In this document: piece after piece, positions 45,671 through 55,400 of the stretch
Position numbering within the stretch: position 1 is the first letter of the stretch
How the letters are laid out: each line of letters begins with the position of its first letter
NCBI GenBank assembly: GCA_963830455.1
Contig: CAWHMT010000001.1
Coordinates: 179,982-243,981, forward strand
From: an uncultured Gemmatimonadales bacterium
Lineage (GTDB): Bacteria; Gemmatimonadota; Gemmatimonadetes; Gemmatimonadales; GWC2-71-9
Direction of reading: 5' to 3'
DNA: 64,000 nt
Notes under the pieces: generated by a model
What the model was told of the DNA's origin: nothing
Seen by the model: only the letters and a program-made list of their open reading frames with translations
Database searches by the model: none
Made by a program: the position numbers and the translations under genes

Positions 45671-46054
45671 ATGAAACACTACGTGATGTGCGGCGCGCTC
45701 GTGCTCGTCCTGGCGTGCACCATCACACCGTCGGACCCGATGGTTGTGGTGGCGTACCACGTCACGAAAGCTCCCGAAGGATCGGGACTCCGCTGTGATT
45801 CGCTGCTGTACCAGAACACTCAGGGACAGTTCATCAAGGTCACCAATCCCGCGCTGCCGTGGTCGATCGCCGTCAACGTCCCGGCGGGTTCGTCCATTCA
45901 TGCCACAGCCTGGATCGTTGCGACCGGCGGAGGACAAAGCGCGAAACTGCGGGTGACCTGGACGATCCCGGGTGTGAGCACCGCGGCCGACAGCAGTTTC
46001 GGAACGAGCACTGCGGCGGGCTCGTTCACGCTCGGCGTGTCTCGGCGTCTGTAG
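45671..46054 (+). CDS. hypothetical lipoprotein
   Basis: ATG at 45671 gives MKHYVMCGALVLVLAC-TITPSD.. (lipobox LAC). 127 aa, no family recognised. Confidence 0.55.
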   Translation: MKHYVMCGALVLVLACTITPSDPMVVVAYHVTKAPEGSGLRCDSLLYQNTQGQFIKVTNPALPWSIAVNVPAGSSIHATAWIVATGGGQSAKLRVTWTIPGVSTAADSSFGTSTAAGSFTLGVSRRL

Positions 46055-46087
46055 TCGACAGCGTTCCCAGGACGCGTACATTACGGC

Positions 46088-46552
46088 GTGCTCCGCACCG
46101 CCCGCCGCCTTGCGGTCTTCAGCATCATCGTCTGTCTTGCCGCCTCCGCCGCTCCCGCCGAGGCGCAACGGCTGTCGGTTGGCGCCGGCGTTTTGTTGAG
46201 CGACCGGCCGGGCGAGCCCACCTACAACATCCACTTCGACAGCCCGCCACTCTACAAGACGCGCGCGGAGCTGACGCTGTCGTGGAACGGCGAGAGCAGT
46301 AAGCCGACGGTCATCACCGAGGCCGAGCGGTCCTTTATCGATTCGCGCCACCTCGCGCTCGATGCCGGGGCCGGACTGTTGTGGCTCGAATTCAACGATT
46401 ACCACCCGTATCCAATCCTCATCAGCACCGCCGTCGTGCCGCTTCCGGTGCCACGGACCGCGATCGTCGCGGTCGGGTCTACGCAGCCGTGGCAGGACTG
46501 GGAGTGGTCCCTCGTGCTGAAAGCCTCCTTCATGATCTGGGCAAAACACTAG
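46088..46552 (+). CDS. hypothetical secreted protein
   Basis: 154 aa with signal peptide MLRTARRLAVFSIIVCLAASAAPAEAQ. No family recognised. Confidence 0.5.
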   Translation: MLRTARRLAVFSIIVCLAASAAPAEAQRLSVGAGVLLSDRPGEPTYNIHFDSPPLYKTRAELTLSWNGESSKPTVITEAERSFIDSRHLALDAGAGLLWLEFNDYHPYPILISTAVVPLPVPRTAIVAVGSTQPWQDWEWSLVLKASFMIWAKH

Positions 46553-46555
46553 CGG

Positions 46556-47911
46556 ATGGAACGCCGGTTCAGCCTGCTGCACGCCACGGCGCTGAACATG
46601 ACGAACATGATCGGGATCGGGCCGTTCATCACGATCCCCCTGCTCATGTCCGCGCTGGGCGGCCCGCAAGCCATGCTCGGCTGGGCGGTCGCGCTGATCA
46701 TCGTGCTGTGCGACGGCATGGTGTGGAGCGAGCTCGGCGCGGCCATGCCGGGGTCGGGCGGCTCATTCGGCTACCTGCGCCGCGGCTATGGCGAGCAAAA
46801 GGTCGGCCGGCTGATGGGCTTCCTGTTCGTATGGCAGTTCATTTTCAGCGGTCCGCTCGAGATCGCGTCAGGCTACATCGGGTTCTCGCAGTATCTCGGC
46901 TACATCTGGAAGGGGATCACGCCGGGGCAGACAATGCTGGTCGTCGTCGCGCTGGGGCTGCTCAACATCGCGCTGCTGTACCGCCGGATAAAATCGATTG
47001 CCACGATCACGCTGACGCTGTGGATCGGGACGATCGTCACGGTGGTGGTCGTGGTCGTGACCGGGGCGCTCCACTTCAATCCCGGCGTGGCGTTCGATTT
47101 CCCGCCCGGCGCGTTCGATTTCTCGATCGGATTCCTGCTCGGACTGGGGGCCGCGTCGCGGGTCGGCGTGTACGACTACCTCGGCTATTACGACGTCTGC
47201 TACATCGGCGACGAGGTAGCGAATCCGGGGCGCGTGATCCCGCGGTCGATTCTGCTCAGCACGATCGCGGTCGCCCTGATCTATGTCGCGATCAACCTGT
47301 CCATTATCGGCGTCGTGCCGTGGCGGGAGTTCGTGCCGGCCTCCGAGCATCCGCAGGCGAACTTCGTCGTGTCGATCTTCATGGAGCACATCTTCGGCGC
47401 GCGCATCGCGACCGTGTTCACCGCGATGATCCTGTGGACCGCGTTCGGCTCGGTGTTCGCGCTGCTGCTCGGCTATTCGCGGATCCCGTACGCGGCGGCG
47501 CGCGACGGCTACTTCTTCAAGGTGTTCGGGCGCCTGCATTCGGTTCACGGATTCCCGTCCGTCTCACTCGTCGTGCTCGGGCTGCTGGCGATCGTCGCCG
47601 GGTTCGCCTCGCTGGGGACCGTCATCGACGCGCTGATCACGACGCGGATTCTGGTGCAGTTCATGGGGCAGATCGGCGCGGTCACATTGCTGCGGCGCCG
47701 CGAGCCCGACATGCCGCGGCCCTACCGGATGTGGCTGTATCCGGTGCCGAGCCTCGTGGCGCTGTGCGGATGGATCTTTATCTTTGCGACGACGCCCGTG
47801 AAAGTGATCGCGTTCGGACTCGGCGCTCTGCTCCTGGGGATTGTCTGTTTCGGAATCTGGTCGTGGCAGGCCCGGACCTGGCCCTTTGAAGCGAAGGTCG
47901 CACATGTGTAA
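46556..47911 (+). CDS. APC-family amino acid permease
   Basis: 451 aa with about 12 TM, ..ALNMTNMIGIGPFITIPLLMSALGGPQAMLGW..ELGAAMPGSGGSF. Confidence 0.85.
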   Translation: MERRFSLLHATALNMTNMIGIGPFITIPLLMSALGGPQAMLGWAVALIIVLCDGMVWSELGAAMPGSGGSFGYLRRGYGEQKVGRLMGFLFVWQFIFSGPLEIASGYIGFSQYLGYIWKGITPGQTMLVVVALGLLNIALLYRRIKSIATITLTLWIGTIVTVVVVVVTGALHFNPGVAFDFPPGAFDFSIGFLLGLGAASRVGVYDYLGYYDVCYIGDEVANPGRVIPRSILLSTIAVALIYVAINLSIIGVVPWREFVPASEHPQANFVVSIFMEHIFGARIATVFTAMILWTAFGSVFALLLGYSRIPYAAARDGYFFKVFGRLHSVHGFPSVSLVVLGLLAIVAGFASLGTVIDALITTRILVQFMGQIGAVTLLRRREPDMPRPYRMWLYPVPSLVALCGWIFIFATTPVKVIAFGLGALLLGIVCFGIWSWQARTWPFEAKVAHV

Positions 47912-48776
47912 GAGACTCAGCGCCTTGATCCTTGGCGCAGCCCTTGGCTGCGCCTCGGGCGGGCAACCCGTCTCACCGCCCCCACCTCCACCTCCGCCAC
48001 CGCCCCCCCCCGCCAGTCCGTGGACCCTGGTGTGGGCGGATGAGTTCTCCGGCGCGGCCGGCGCCGGCGTCAACACGGCGTACTGGCGGCACGACACCGC
48101 CGACGGCTGCGCGTCGGGCAACTGCGGGTGGGGCAATAACGAGAAGGAGTACTACCGCACGTCGCCCGACAACATCGCGCAGACCGGCGACGGCAACCTG
48201 GCGATCGTGGCCCGCGTCGCGACCGACTCGCTCTCCTGCTATTACGGACGCTGCAAGTACACATCCGCGAAGATCACGACCCGGGACAAAGTTTCGATCC
48301 TTCCCGGCCGTGTCGAAGCGCGCATCAAGCTCGCGCAGGGGCAGGGACTGTGGCCGGCGTTCTGGCTGCTGGGCGAAAGCATCGGCAGGGTGGGGTGGCC
48401 GACGTGTGGGGAGCTCGACATCCTCGAAAACAAGGGCAGCCAGCCGACCCTGACGAGCTCCGCCGTGCACGGTCCGGGCTACTCCGGGAACACGCCATTC
48501 GCCCATACGCAGGCGAACGCCGCGACGGACTTCCACGTGTACGCGGTCGAGTGGGATGCCCAATCGATCCGCTACTACATCGACGCCCAGCCGCACTACA
48601 CCGTGTCGCGCGCGTCCGTGCAGCCGTATGGCGCGTGGGTCTTCGACCAGGCGTTCTTCGTGATCCTCAATCAGGCGGTCGGCGGGAACTTCGACGGGGA
48701 TCCGCAGTCCGATGCGATCTTCCCGGCGACGATGCTGATCGACTACGTGCGCGTCTACAAGCTGTCGACACCCTAG
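47904..48776 (+). CDS. glycoside hydrolase family 16 lipoprotein (beta-glucanase/laminarinase-like) with poly-Pro linker
   Basis: ATG at 47904 gives MCKRLSALILGAALGC-ASGG, then P12. The GH16 catalytic motif is GELDILE, and WPAFWLLG is also present. The linker DNA contains a C9 run at about 48003-48011. Confidence 0.85.
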   Translation: MCKRLSALILGAALGCASGGQPVSPPPPPPPPPPPPASPWTLVWADEFSGAAGAGVNTAYWRHDTADGCASGNCGWGNNEKEYYRTSPDNIAQTGDGNLAIVARVATDSLSCYYGRCKYTSAKITTRDKVSILPGRVEARIKLAQGQGLWPAFWLLGESIGRVGWPTCGELDILENKGSQPTLTSSAVHGPGYSGNTPFAHTQANAATDFHVYAVEWDAQSIRYYIDAQPHYTVSRASVQPYGAWVFDQAFFVILNQAVGGNFDGDPQSDAIFPATMLIDYVRVYKLSTP

Positions 48777-48802
48777 CAAGGAGACGAAATGAAGTCGAGA
48801 CC

Positions 48803-50426
48803 ATGATCCACTTCATTGCCATCGTCGCCGCCCTCGCGGGCGTTCAAGACACCGCCCTGTCGGTCATTCCAAAGCCGGTCCAGATGACGCGCACCGCCAC
48901 CTCGTTCGTGCTGACACCCGGCACCGCGATCGTCACCGACCGCTCCACGTACGACATCGGGATCCAGCTTGCCGATTGGCTTCAGCCGGCCACGGGGTAC
49001 CGCCTCGCCGTCGTCGGTGCCGCGGGCTCGGGTGGCAAGGTCATAACCCTGCGACTCGATCCCACGCTCGCGCGCCTCGGCGACGAGGGCTATCGCCTGT
49101 CGGTGACGCGCAACCGCATCAGCATCCGCGCCTACCGCGCCGCGGGCGCGTTCTACGCGGTGCAGACGCTGCGCCAGCTCTTCCCGCCCGACATCTTCCG
49201 CGCGGCGCGGGTCGACAGCATGTCGTGGACTGCGCCGGGGGTCGAGATCGAAGACATGCCGCGCTTCCCATGGCGCGGCGCGCATCTCGACGTGTCGCGC
49301 TCGTTCATGCCCAAGGAGTTCGTCAAGAAGTACATCGATCTGCTCGCCCTGCATAAGCTCAACCGCTTCCACTGGCATCTCACGGACGACCAGGGATGGC
49401 GCATCGAGATCAAGAAGTATCCGCGTCTCACCTCCGTGGGCGCGTGGCGCCGGAACACGCTGGTCGGCGTGCAGAACCAGTATGCCGACACCCTGCAATG
49501 GGTCTACGACAACGTGCCGCACGGTGGGTTCTACACCCAGGACGACGTGCGCGAAGTCGTGGCGTACGCCAAGGCGCGGTTCATCACGGTCGTGCCGGAA
49601 ATCGAAATGCCCGGCCACGCGCAGGCCGCCATCGCGGCGTATCCCGAGCTGGGGAACACGGGACAGCAGATGGAAGTGCTGCGCCGCTTCGGCGTGAATC
49701 CCAACATCTTCAATCCTGAAGAATCGACGGTCCGCTTTCTCCAGGACGTGCTCACCGAGGTGATCGCGCTATTTCCCGGCAAGTACGTCCACATCGGCGG
49801 TGACGAAGCAGTCAAGGACCAGTGGCAGGCGAGCCCGCGCGTGCAGGCGCTGATTCGCGAGCGTGGCCTGAAAGACGAGCACGAGATGCAGAGCTGGTTC
49901 ATCCAGCAGATGGATGCGTTCCTCACCGCCCGCGGCCGCTCGCTCATCGGCTGGGACGAGATTCTCGAGGGCGGCCTCGCGCCCAATGCGACGGTGATGT
50001 CGTGGCGCGGGATGGAGGGCGGAATCGCGGCAGCGCTCGCGGGACATGACGTCGTGATGACGCCCACGTCCAACACCTATTTCGACTACTACCAGGCGAC
50101 AGGACCGGAGCACGGAGCCGATGGCGATCGGCGGCTTTCTGCCGCTCGATACGGTCTATGCGTTCGAGCCGGTCCCCGCCGCGCTCACGGCCGAGCAGGC
50201 CGCGCATATCCTCGGTACGCAGGGCCAGATCTGGACCGAGTACCAGCGCACGCCCAAGAACGTCGAGTACATGGTATTCCCGCGCCTGCTCGCGCTGGCC
50301 GAGGTCGCGTGGACACCGAGGGAGCTCAGGGATTTCGCCGACTTCCAGGCCCGGCTCGCGCGGCACGAGCAGCGCCTCAACGTGCTCGACGTGAACTTCC
50401 GCCCGTCCTCCACTATCGCTCGCTGA
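48803..50426 (+). pseudogene. beta-N-acetylhexosaminidase (GH20), frameshifted
   Basis: ATG at 48803 gives MIHFIAIVAALAG.., RGAHLDVSRSF, NRFHWHLTDDQGWR, PEIEMPGH, HIGGDE, ..TSNTYFDYYQATGPEH. The protein then continues in the +1 frame as EPMAIGGFLPLDTVYAFEP..GTQGQIWTEY..FPRLLALAEVAWT to 50426. The extra base is near 50114. Confidence 0.85.
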
Positions 50427-50456
50427 GTCGTGTCGCGAGCCGTAGATTAACGCCTC

Positions 50457-51311
50457 ATGAAACGACGCGACTTTGTCCAGACGATGGGCGCCGTCGCTGC
50501 CGGCGCCTCCCTGAAGTTCCCCTCCCCCTCCGCACTGCTGCCCAGGAAGCTCGATCGCATCGGTCTCGAGCTGTTCGCGGTGCGCAATGCGATGCGGGAG
50601 AATCCCGAGCGCACGCTCGCCGAGATCCGGGCGATCGGCTACACCGACGTCGAGCTGCTCTGGTCGTTCAATAACTTCGGGCGCACGCCGCAGCAGGTGG
50701 CGGCGACGCTCAAGAACGAAGGGCTGCGCGCGCCGTCCTGCCACATGTCGGCCGAGACGATTTTCGTCGGCTGGGAGAAGAGCCTCGAGATCGCCAAGCT
50801 GCTCGGCCAGGAGTACTGCTTCGTCCCCGATTTCGACGACTGGACCAAGACGACGCTCGACCACTGGCGCCAATGGGCCGACCGCTTCAACGCCGCCGGC
50901 GCCGTCGCGCGCCGGTCCGGCATCTGGCTCGGATTTCACAACGAGTCCTATCACCAGAAGCCGGTCGAGGGGCAGGTGCCGCTCGACGTGTTCATCGACC
51001 GGCTCGATCCGTCGGTCACGCGGCTCCAGCTCGACATCGGCAACATGCTGCTCGGCGGCGGCGATCCGTTCCAGTACATGCAGAAGTATCCCAACCGGTT
51101 CTGGAGCTTTCACGTCAAAGACGCGAAAGCCGACCGCTCCGGCGACACGGCATTGGGAACCGGAACGTTCGACTTCAAGAAGTTCTTCGCCTCGGTGCCG
51201 CAGCTCGAGCAAAAGCCTGCGCACGTCGAGGACGAGGGGGCGCAGGATGCCGCGGGGCAGATGGCGGCGGCGCGCGCGAATTTCCAATACCTGAGGAACC
51301 TCGAGTTCTAG
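50457..51311 (+). CDS. sugar phosphate isomerase/epimerase (xylose-isomerase-like TIM barrel) with Tat signal
   Basis: 284 aa, MKRRDFVQTMGAVAAGASL.., IGLELFAVR.., GFHNES.., LQLDIGN. Confidence 0.8.
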   Translation: MKRRDFVQTMGAVAAGASLKFPSPSALLPRKLDRIGLELFAVRNAMRENPERTLAEIRAIGYTDVELLWSFNNFGRTPQQVAATLKNEGLRAPSCHMSAETIFVGWEKSLEIAKLLGQEYCFVPDFDDWTKTTLDHWRQWADRFNAAGAVARRSGIWLGFHNESYHQKPVEGQVPLDVFIDRLDPSVTRLQLDIGNMLLGGGDPFQYMQKYPNRFWSFHVKDAKADRSGDTALGTGTFDFKKFFASVPQLEQKPAHVEDEGAQDAAGQMAAARANFQYLRNLEF

Positions 51312-51312
51312 C

Positions 51313-52035
51313 ATGACGCCGCTGCTCCTCGCCGTCGCGCTGCTGGTCCAGACCAGCCCGGCGAAACCGACGTTCGTGATCGTGCACGGCGCGTGGGGCG
51401 GCGGGTGGGATTGGCGCACCGTCGACTCGCTGCTCACGAAAGACGGCTATCGCGTGGTGCGCGTCACGCTCACGGGACTCGGCGAGCGGCGCCATCTCGC
51501 GTCGCCGAACGTCGGGCTGTACACCCACATCGACGACGTCGTCAACAAGATTCTGTGGGATGACATGCACGACGTCATCCTGCTCGGCCACAGCTACGGC
51601 GGCATGGTGATCACGGGCGTGGCCGATCGCGTGCCCGATCGGATCAAGCGCCTCGTCTATCTCGATGCGATGGTCCCCGATTCCGGCGAGTCGGTCAGGA
51701 TTCTCCAGGGTGTCGATACCGGCTTCGTTCGCAACCTCACGCGCGGTGACTACACGGTCCCGGTGTGGGTGCAGGATACGACCGTCATTCCCCGCGACGT
51801 CCCGATGTCGCTGAAGACGTTCACCGACACATTGCGGCTGGTGAATCCCGCGCGCGCCAAAGTGCCGGCGACATACATCCTCACGTTCGAGCCGCAGGTG
51901 AACCCCGATCCGTTCCAGCGCTTTGCGGATCGCGCGGCGGCGCGCGGCTGGCCGGTGCACCGCATGCAGGCCGATCACATTCCCGAGCGCACCAATCCCA
52001 CGGGGCTGGTCGCGCTGCTCGAGCGCGTACTATAA
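51313..52035 (+). CDS. alpha/beta hydrolase (esterase)
   Basis: 240 aa, PTFVIVHGAWGGGWDW.., nucleophile elbow LLGHSYGG. Confidence 0.8.
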   Translation: MTPLLLAVALLVQTSPAKPTFVIVHGAWGGGWDWRTVDSLLTKDGYRVVRVTLTGLGERRHLASPNVGLYTHIDDVVNKILWDDMHDVILLGHSYGGMVITGVADRVPDRIKRLVYLDAMVPDSGESVRILQGVDTGFVRNLTRGDYTVPVWVQDTTVIPRDVPMSLKTFTDTLRLVNPARAKVPATYILTFEPQVNPDPFQRFADRAAARGWPVHRMQADHIPERTNPTGLVALLERVL

Positions 52036-52045
52036 GGAAGGACCG

Positions 52046-53836
52046 ATGACGCTGATCCGCTTCAGGGCCTCGCAGGAGCAGGACGTCGATCTCTCCAAGA
52101 CTTATGACGCCGTGGTCGTGGGCTCCGGCGCGGCGGGCGGGATGGCCGCGCACGTGCTCACGTCGCAGGGCATGCAAGTGCTGTTGCTCGAGGCGGGGAA
52201 GCGGATCCCGATCGAGCAGGAGCTGCGCTCGATGGAATGGCCGTACGATCACCCGCGCCGCGGCGAAGCTCCCCCGGGTTATCACGCGATCAGGTTCAAC
52301 GAGTACAACGTCCGCAAGCCGCCGTACGCCACGAAGTCGGCGTTCAAGCATGTGTTCTCCTACGTGGGCGGCTGGGGCGGATCCGATTACGTCAAGAACA
52401 TTCTGGTGGACGAGAAAGACCACCCGTATACCGGAACGAAATACGCGTGGGTGCGTGCGCGGCTGCTCGGCGGGAAGACCAACATCTGGGGGCGCCTGGC
52501 GCTGCGGCTTTCCGATTACGACTTCAAAGGCAAATCGCACGACGGCTACGGCGAAGACTGGCCGATCTCCTACGCGGACGTCGCGCCCTACTACGACAAG
52601 GTCGACCTCTACCTCGGCATCTCGGGCCACAAGGAAAACCTGCCACACCTGCCCGACAGCCTGTTTCAGCGGCCCAACAAACTCACGCCCGGCGAAGTGA
52701 AGCTGCGCACCACCCTCAAAGGCATGGGCCGCACGCTCACGCCGTACCGCGCGGGTGTGACGACCGATGGGGTGAAGAACAAGTACCGCAGCAAGTGCTT
52801 CGGCCGCGGCGCGTGCAGCCGCCGGCCGGGCGGGTGCGACATCCATGCCGCGTTCGACTCGCCGACCGGGCTGATTTATCCGGCGATGGACACGGGCAAC
52901 CTCACGCTGCGCACCAACGCGATCGCGCACGAGGTGTTGGTCGATTCGAACACCGGAAAGGCGCGCGGCGTCTCGTTCGTCGATGCGCTGAACAAGCGCA
53001 CGTACGAGGCGAAAGCCAAGGTCGTCATCGTGGCTGCGTCCACGTTGGAGAGTGCCAGGTTGTTGCTGTTGTCCAAGTCGAGACAACATCCCAACGGCAT
53101 CGGCAACTCGAGCGGTCACGTGGGCCACAACTTCTGCGAGCACGTGATGGGGCCGGGCGCCACGGGCCTGGTGAAAGAGCTGGTGGGTCGTCCGAGCGCG
53201 CTCGAGGACGGCAAGCCGGGCGGGTTTTACGTCCCGCGCTTCCGCAACCTCCAGGACAAGCAGCCCGGCTTCATTCGCGGCTACGGGTTCGAAGGCGGCG
53301 GCGGGTTCTCGATCTTCCCGTCCGGTGTGTGGGACACGCCGGGGTTCGGCGGCCAGTTCAAGAAATCGGTGCGTGAGCACGCCGGCGCTTTCATTAGTAT
53401 GGGCGGATTCGGCGAGGTGCTGGCCCGCTACGAGAACTACATGGACCTCGACCCCGAGGTGAAGGACGCCTGGGGCATTCCCGTGCTGCGGTTCCACTAT
53501 CAGTTCGGTGACAACGAAAAGAAAATGTGCGAGGACATGTCGACGACGGCCAAGGAGATGTTCGAGGAAGCGGGGATCGAAGTCGTCGGCGTGGACAAGA
53601 CCGTGCTCACCGAAGGCTGGTCGATTCACGAGCTGGGCACGGCGCGCATGGGCGCCAATCCGAAAACGTCGGTGCTGAATCAGTTCCAGCAGTCGCACGA
53701 CGTGAAGAACCTGTTCGTCGTGGACGGCTCGAGTCACGTGAGCGCGTCGTGCCAGAATCCCACGTGGACGATCATGGCGCTGGCGTGGCGCTCGTGCGAA
53801 CACCTGGCCGACGAATTCAAGCGGGGGAATCTATGA
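52046..53836 (+). CDS. GMC-family FAD oxidoreductase (gluconate 2-dehydrogenase flavoprotein-like)
   Basis: ATG at 52046 gives MTLIRF..YDAVVVGSGAAGGMAAHVLT (FAD fold), ..HELGTARMG... 596 aa. Confidence 0.85.
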   Translation: MTLIRFRASQEQDVDLSKTYDAVVVGSGAAGGMAAHVLTSQGMQVLLLEAGKRIPIEQELRSMEWPYDHPRRGEAPPGYHAIRFNEYNVRKPPYATKSAFKHVFSYVGGWGGSDYVKNILVDEKDHPYTGTKYAWVRARLLGGKTNIWGRLALRLSDYDFKGKSHDGYGEDWPISYADVAPYYDKVDLYLGISGHKENLPHLPDSLFQRPNKLTPGEVKLRTTLKGMGRTLTPYRAGVTTDGVKNKYRSKCFGRGACSRRPGGCDIHAAFDSPTGLIYPAMDTGNLTLRTNAIAHEVLVDSNTGKARGVSFVDALNKRTYEAKAKVVIVAASTLESARLLLLSKSRQHPNGIGNSSGHVGHNFCEHVMGPGATGLVKELVGRPSALEDGKPGGFYVPRFRNLQDKQPGFIRGYGFEGGGGFSIFPSGVWDTPGFGGQFKKSVREHAGAFISMGGFGEVLARYENYMDLDPEVKDAWGIPVLRFHYQFGDNEKKMCEDMSTTAKEMFEEAGIEVVGVDKTVLTEGWSIHELGTARMGANPKTSVLNQFQQSHDVKNLFVVDGSSHVSASCQNPTWTIMALAWRSCEHLADEFKRGNL

Positions 53837-54366
53837 CCATCTCACGGCGCGAAATGATTCAGGCAACGGCGGCGGCGACCGCCGCGGCAATGGCCTTACC
53901 GCTCGCCGGCTGCAAATCCCCAGCCCCCCCCCCTCCCAAGTTTTTCACGGCCGAGGAGTTCGCGCTGGCGGATGAGCTGACCGACATGATCATTCCGACC
54001 GACGCGCAGTCGCGCGGCGCGCGCGCGGCCGGCGTGGCTGTCTTCATCGACGGCAGTCTGGCCGAGGCGTTCGAGCCGGCTGAAGGCGTGAGGTGGCGCG
54101 CGGGACTCAAGGCCGTCGAGGATCTCTCGCGCGAAATGCACGGCAAGGCGTTCCTCGAGTCGACACCGGAGCAGCGGCTCGCGCTGCTGACCCGCATGGC
54201 GGCGGGCGAGTCCAATCCCAAAACGCCGGTCGAGGGATTCTTCAAGGAAATCAAAGCCGCCACGATCGGGGCGTACTACACGTCGAAGATCGGCATCCAC
54301 GACGACCAGCAGTACAAGGGCAACGTCATCCAGGCGGGAGAGTACGCCGGTCTCGACCCAACCTGA
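53833..54366 (+). CDS. gluconate 2-dehydrogenase subunit 3-family protein (Tat signal)
   Basis: ATG at 53833 (ATGA overlap with the GMC gene) gives MTISRREMIQATAAATAAAMALPLAGC... 177 aa. This is the usual small partner of GMC oxidoreductases. Confidence 0.8.
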   Translation: MTISRREMIQATAAATAAAMALPLAGCKSPAPPPPKFFTAEEFALADELTDMIIPTDAQSRGARAAGVAVFIDGSLAEAFEPAEGVRWRAGLKAVEDLSREMHGKAFLESTPEQRLALLTRMAAGESNPKTPVEGFFKEIKAATIGAYYTSKIGIHDDQQYKGNVIQAGEYAGLDPT

Positions 54367-54436
54367 CGGGGGGGCGGGGGGCCAGGTCCTCGAGACACCG
54401 CGGCTCATCCTGGTTCCGTCTGACCCGCGTCAGCTC

Positions 54437-54928
54437 GTGGTGCTGTTCGACCAGCCGGAGCAGCCGGTGACGATCGCCGGGTACGCCCTGACCGCCGAGC
54501 TGCGGGATTTCTATGCCGGCGCCCGGCCGCAGGTCTCGCCGCAGTGGCTCGCCGGGCTCCGCGGCGCCTCCGGCCCCGATCCCTGGCGCCATGGGTTCTT
54601 CCTGGTCGAGCGTGCCCGGGGCGAGGTCATCGGCACGGCGGGCTTCAAGGGCCCGCCCGATGCGGACGGCATGGTCGAGATCGCCTACGGGGTCGTCCCC
54701 TCAGTCGAGGGCCGCGGCTACGCCACCGAAGCGGCTGGCGCGCTCGTGCGATTCGCCGCGCGCGATCCCCGGGTGCGCCTGATCCGCGCGCACACGTTAC
54801 CGGAGGCCAACGCGTCGACGCACGTCCTCAGGAAATGCGGCTTCACGCACATCGGTCCGGTGAACGACCCCGAGGACGGACTGGTCTGGCGGTGGGAACG
54901 CAGCGCGCACCATATTGGAACCCCATGA
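54437..54928 (+). CDS. GNAT-family N-acetyltransferase; conserved N-terminus lies upstream of the first canonical start
   Basis: ..IGTAGFKGPPDADGMVEIAYGVVPSVEGRGYATEAAGALVRFA... In-frame upstream translation QVLETPRLILVPSDPRQL (about 54383-54436) matches the GNAT LETxRLxLxP strand but has no ATG/GTG/TTG. Confidence 0.75.
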   Translation: MVLFDQPEQPVTIAGYALTAELRDFYAGARPQVSPQWLAGLRGASGPDPWRHGFFLVERARGEVIGTAGFKGPPDADGMVEIAYGVVPSVEGRGYATEAAGALVRFAARDPRVRLIRAHTLPEANASTHVLRKCGFTHIGPVNDPEDGLVWRWERSAHHIGTP

Positions 54929-55254
54929 GAGAGACGATGGCGAGCGGGGGGGGGACCGGCCAGGCGGTGTTCGTTCCGGGCGAGTGGCGCTCGCTGGCCA
55001 GCTGCCTGGGCCTCTCGCCCCGCGAATGCGGCGTCGTGCGCGCGGTGTTCGACGGTGACTCCGAGAAGGAAACTGCCGAGCGGCTGGGACTGTCGCCGCA
55101 TACGGTGCACACCTATCTCTGGCGTATCTACCGCAAGCTGCGCGTGCAAAGTCGAGAGGAGTTGCTGGTCCGTGTCTTCGCCGAATTCAGATCACTCCCC
55201 AAAAAACCAAGAAACGGTCGTAAACGTCCCGAGAGCCAGCCACGGGCGTTGTAG
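54925..55254 (+). CDS. LuxR/GerE-type HTH transcriptional regulator (small, stand-alone)
   Basis: ATG at 54925 (ATGA overlap with the GNAT stop). 109 aa, LSPRECGVVRAVFDGDSEKETAERLGLSPHTVHTYLWRIYRKLRV. Confidence 0.8.
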   Translation: MRETMASGGGTGQAVFVPGEWRSLASCLGLSPRECGVVRAVFDGDSEKETAERLGLSPHTVHTYLWRIYRKLRVQSREELLVRVFAEFRSLPKKPRNGRKRPESQPRAL

Positions 55255-55400
55255 GCTGATCAGGTGACCCGGAGTAGGGGGTCTGGCAGTTCTCCACAGC
55301 AGGGATATGGTTGCGTTCGTTACGCAAACCTCACGATGGTTTTACGGGGAGCCGTCCCTATGTACCAACTCAGGTCCATAGCGATCTCTGGCTGGGTGCT

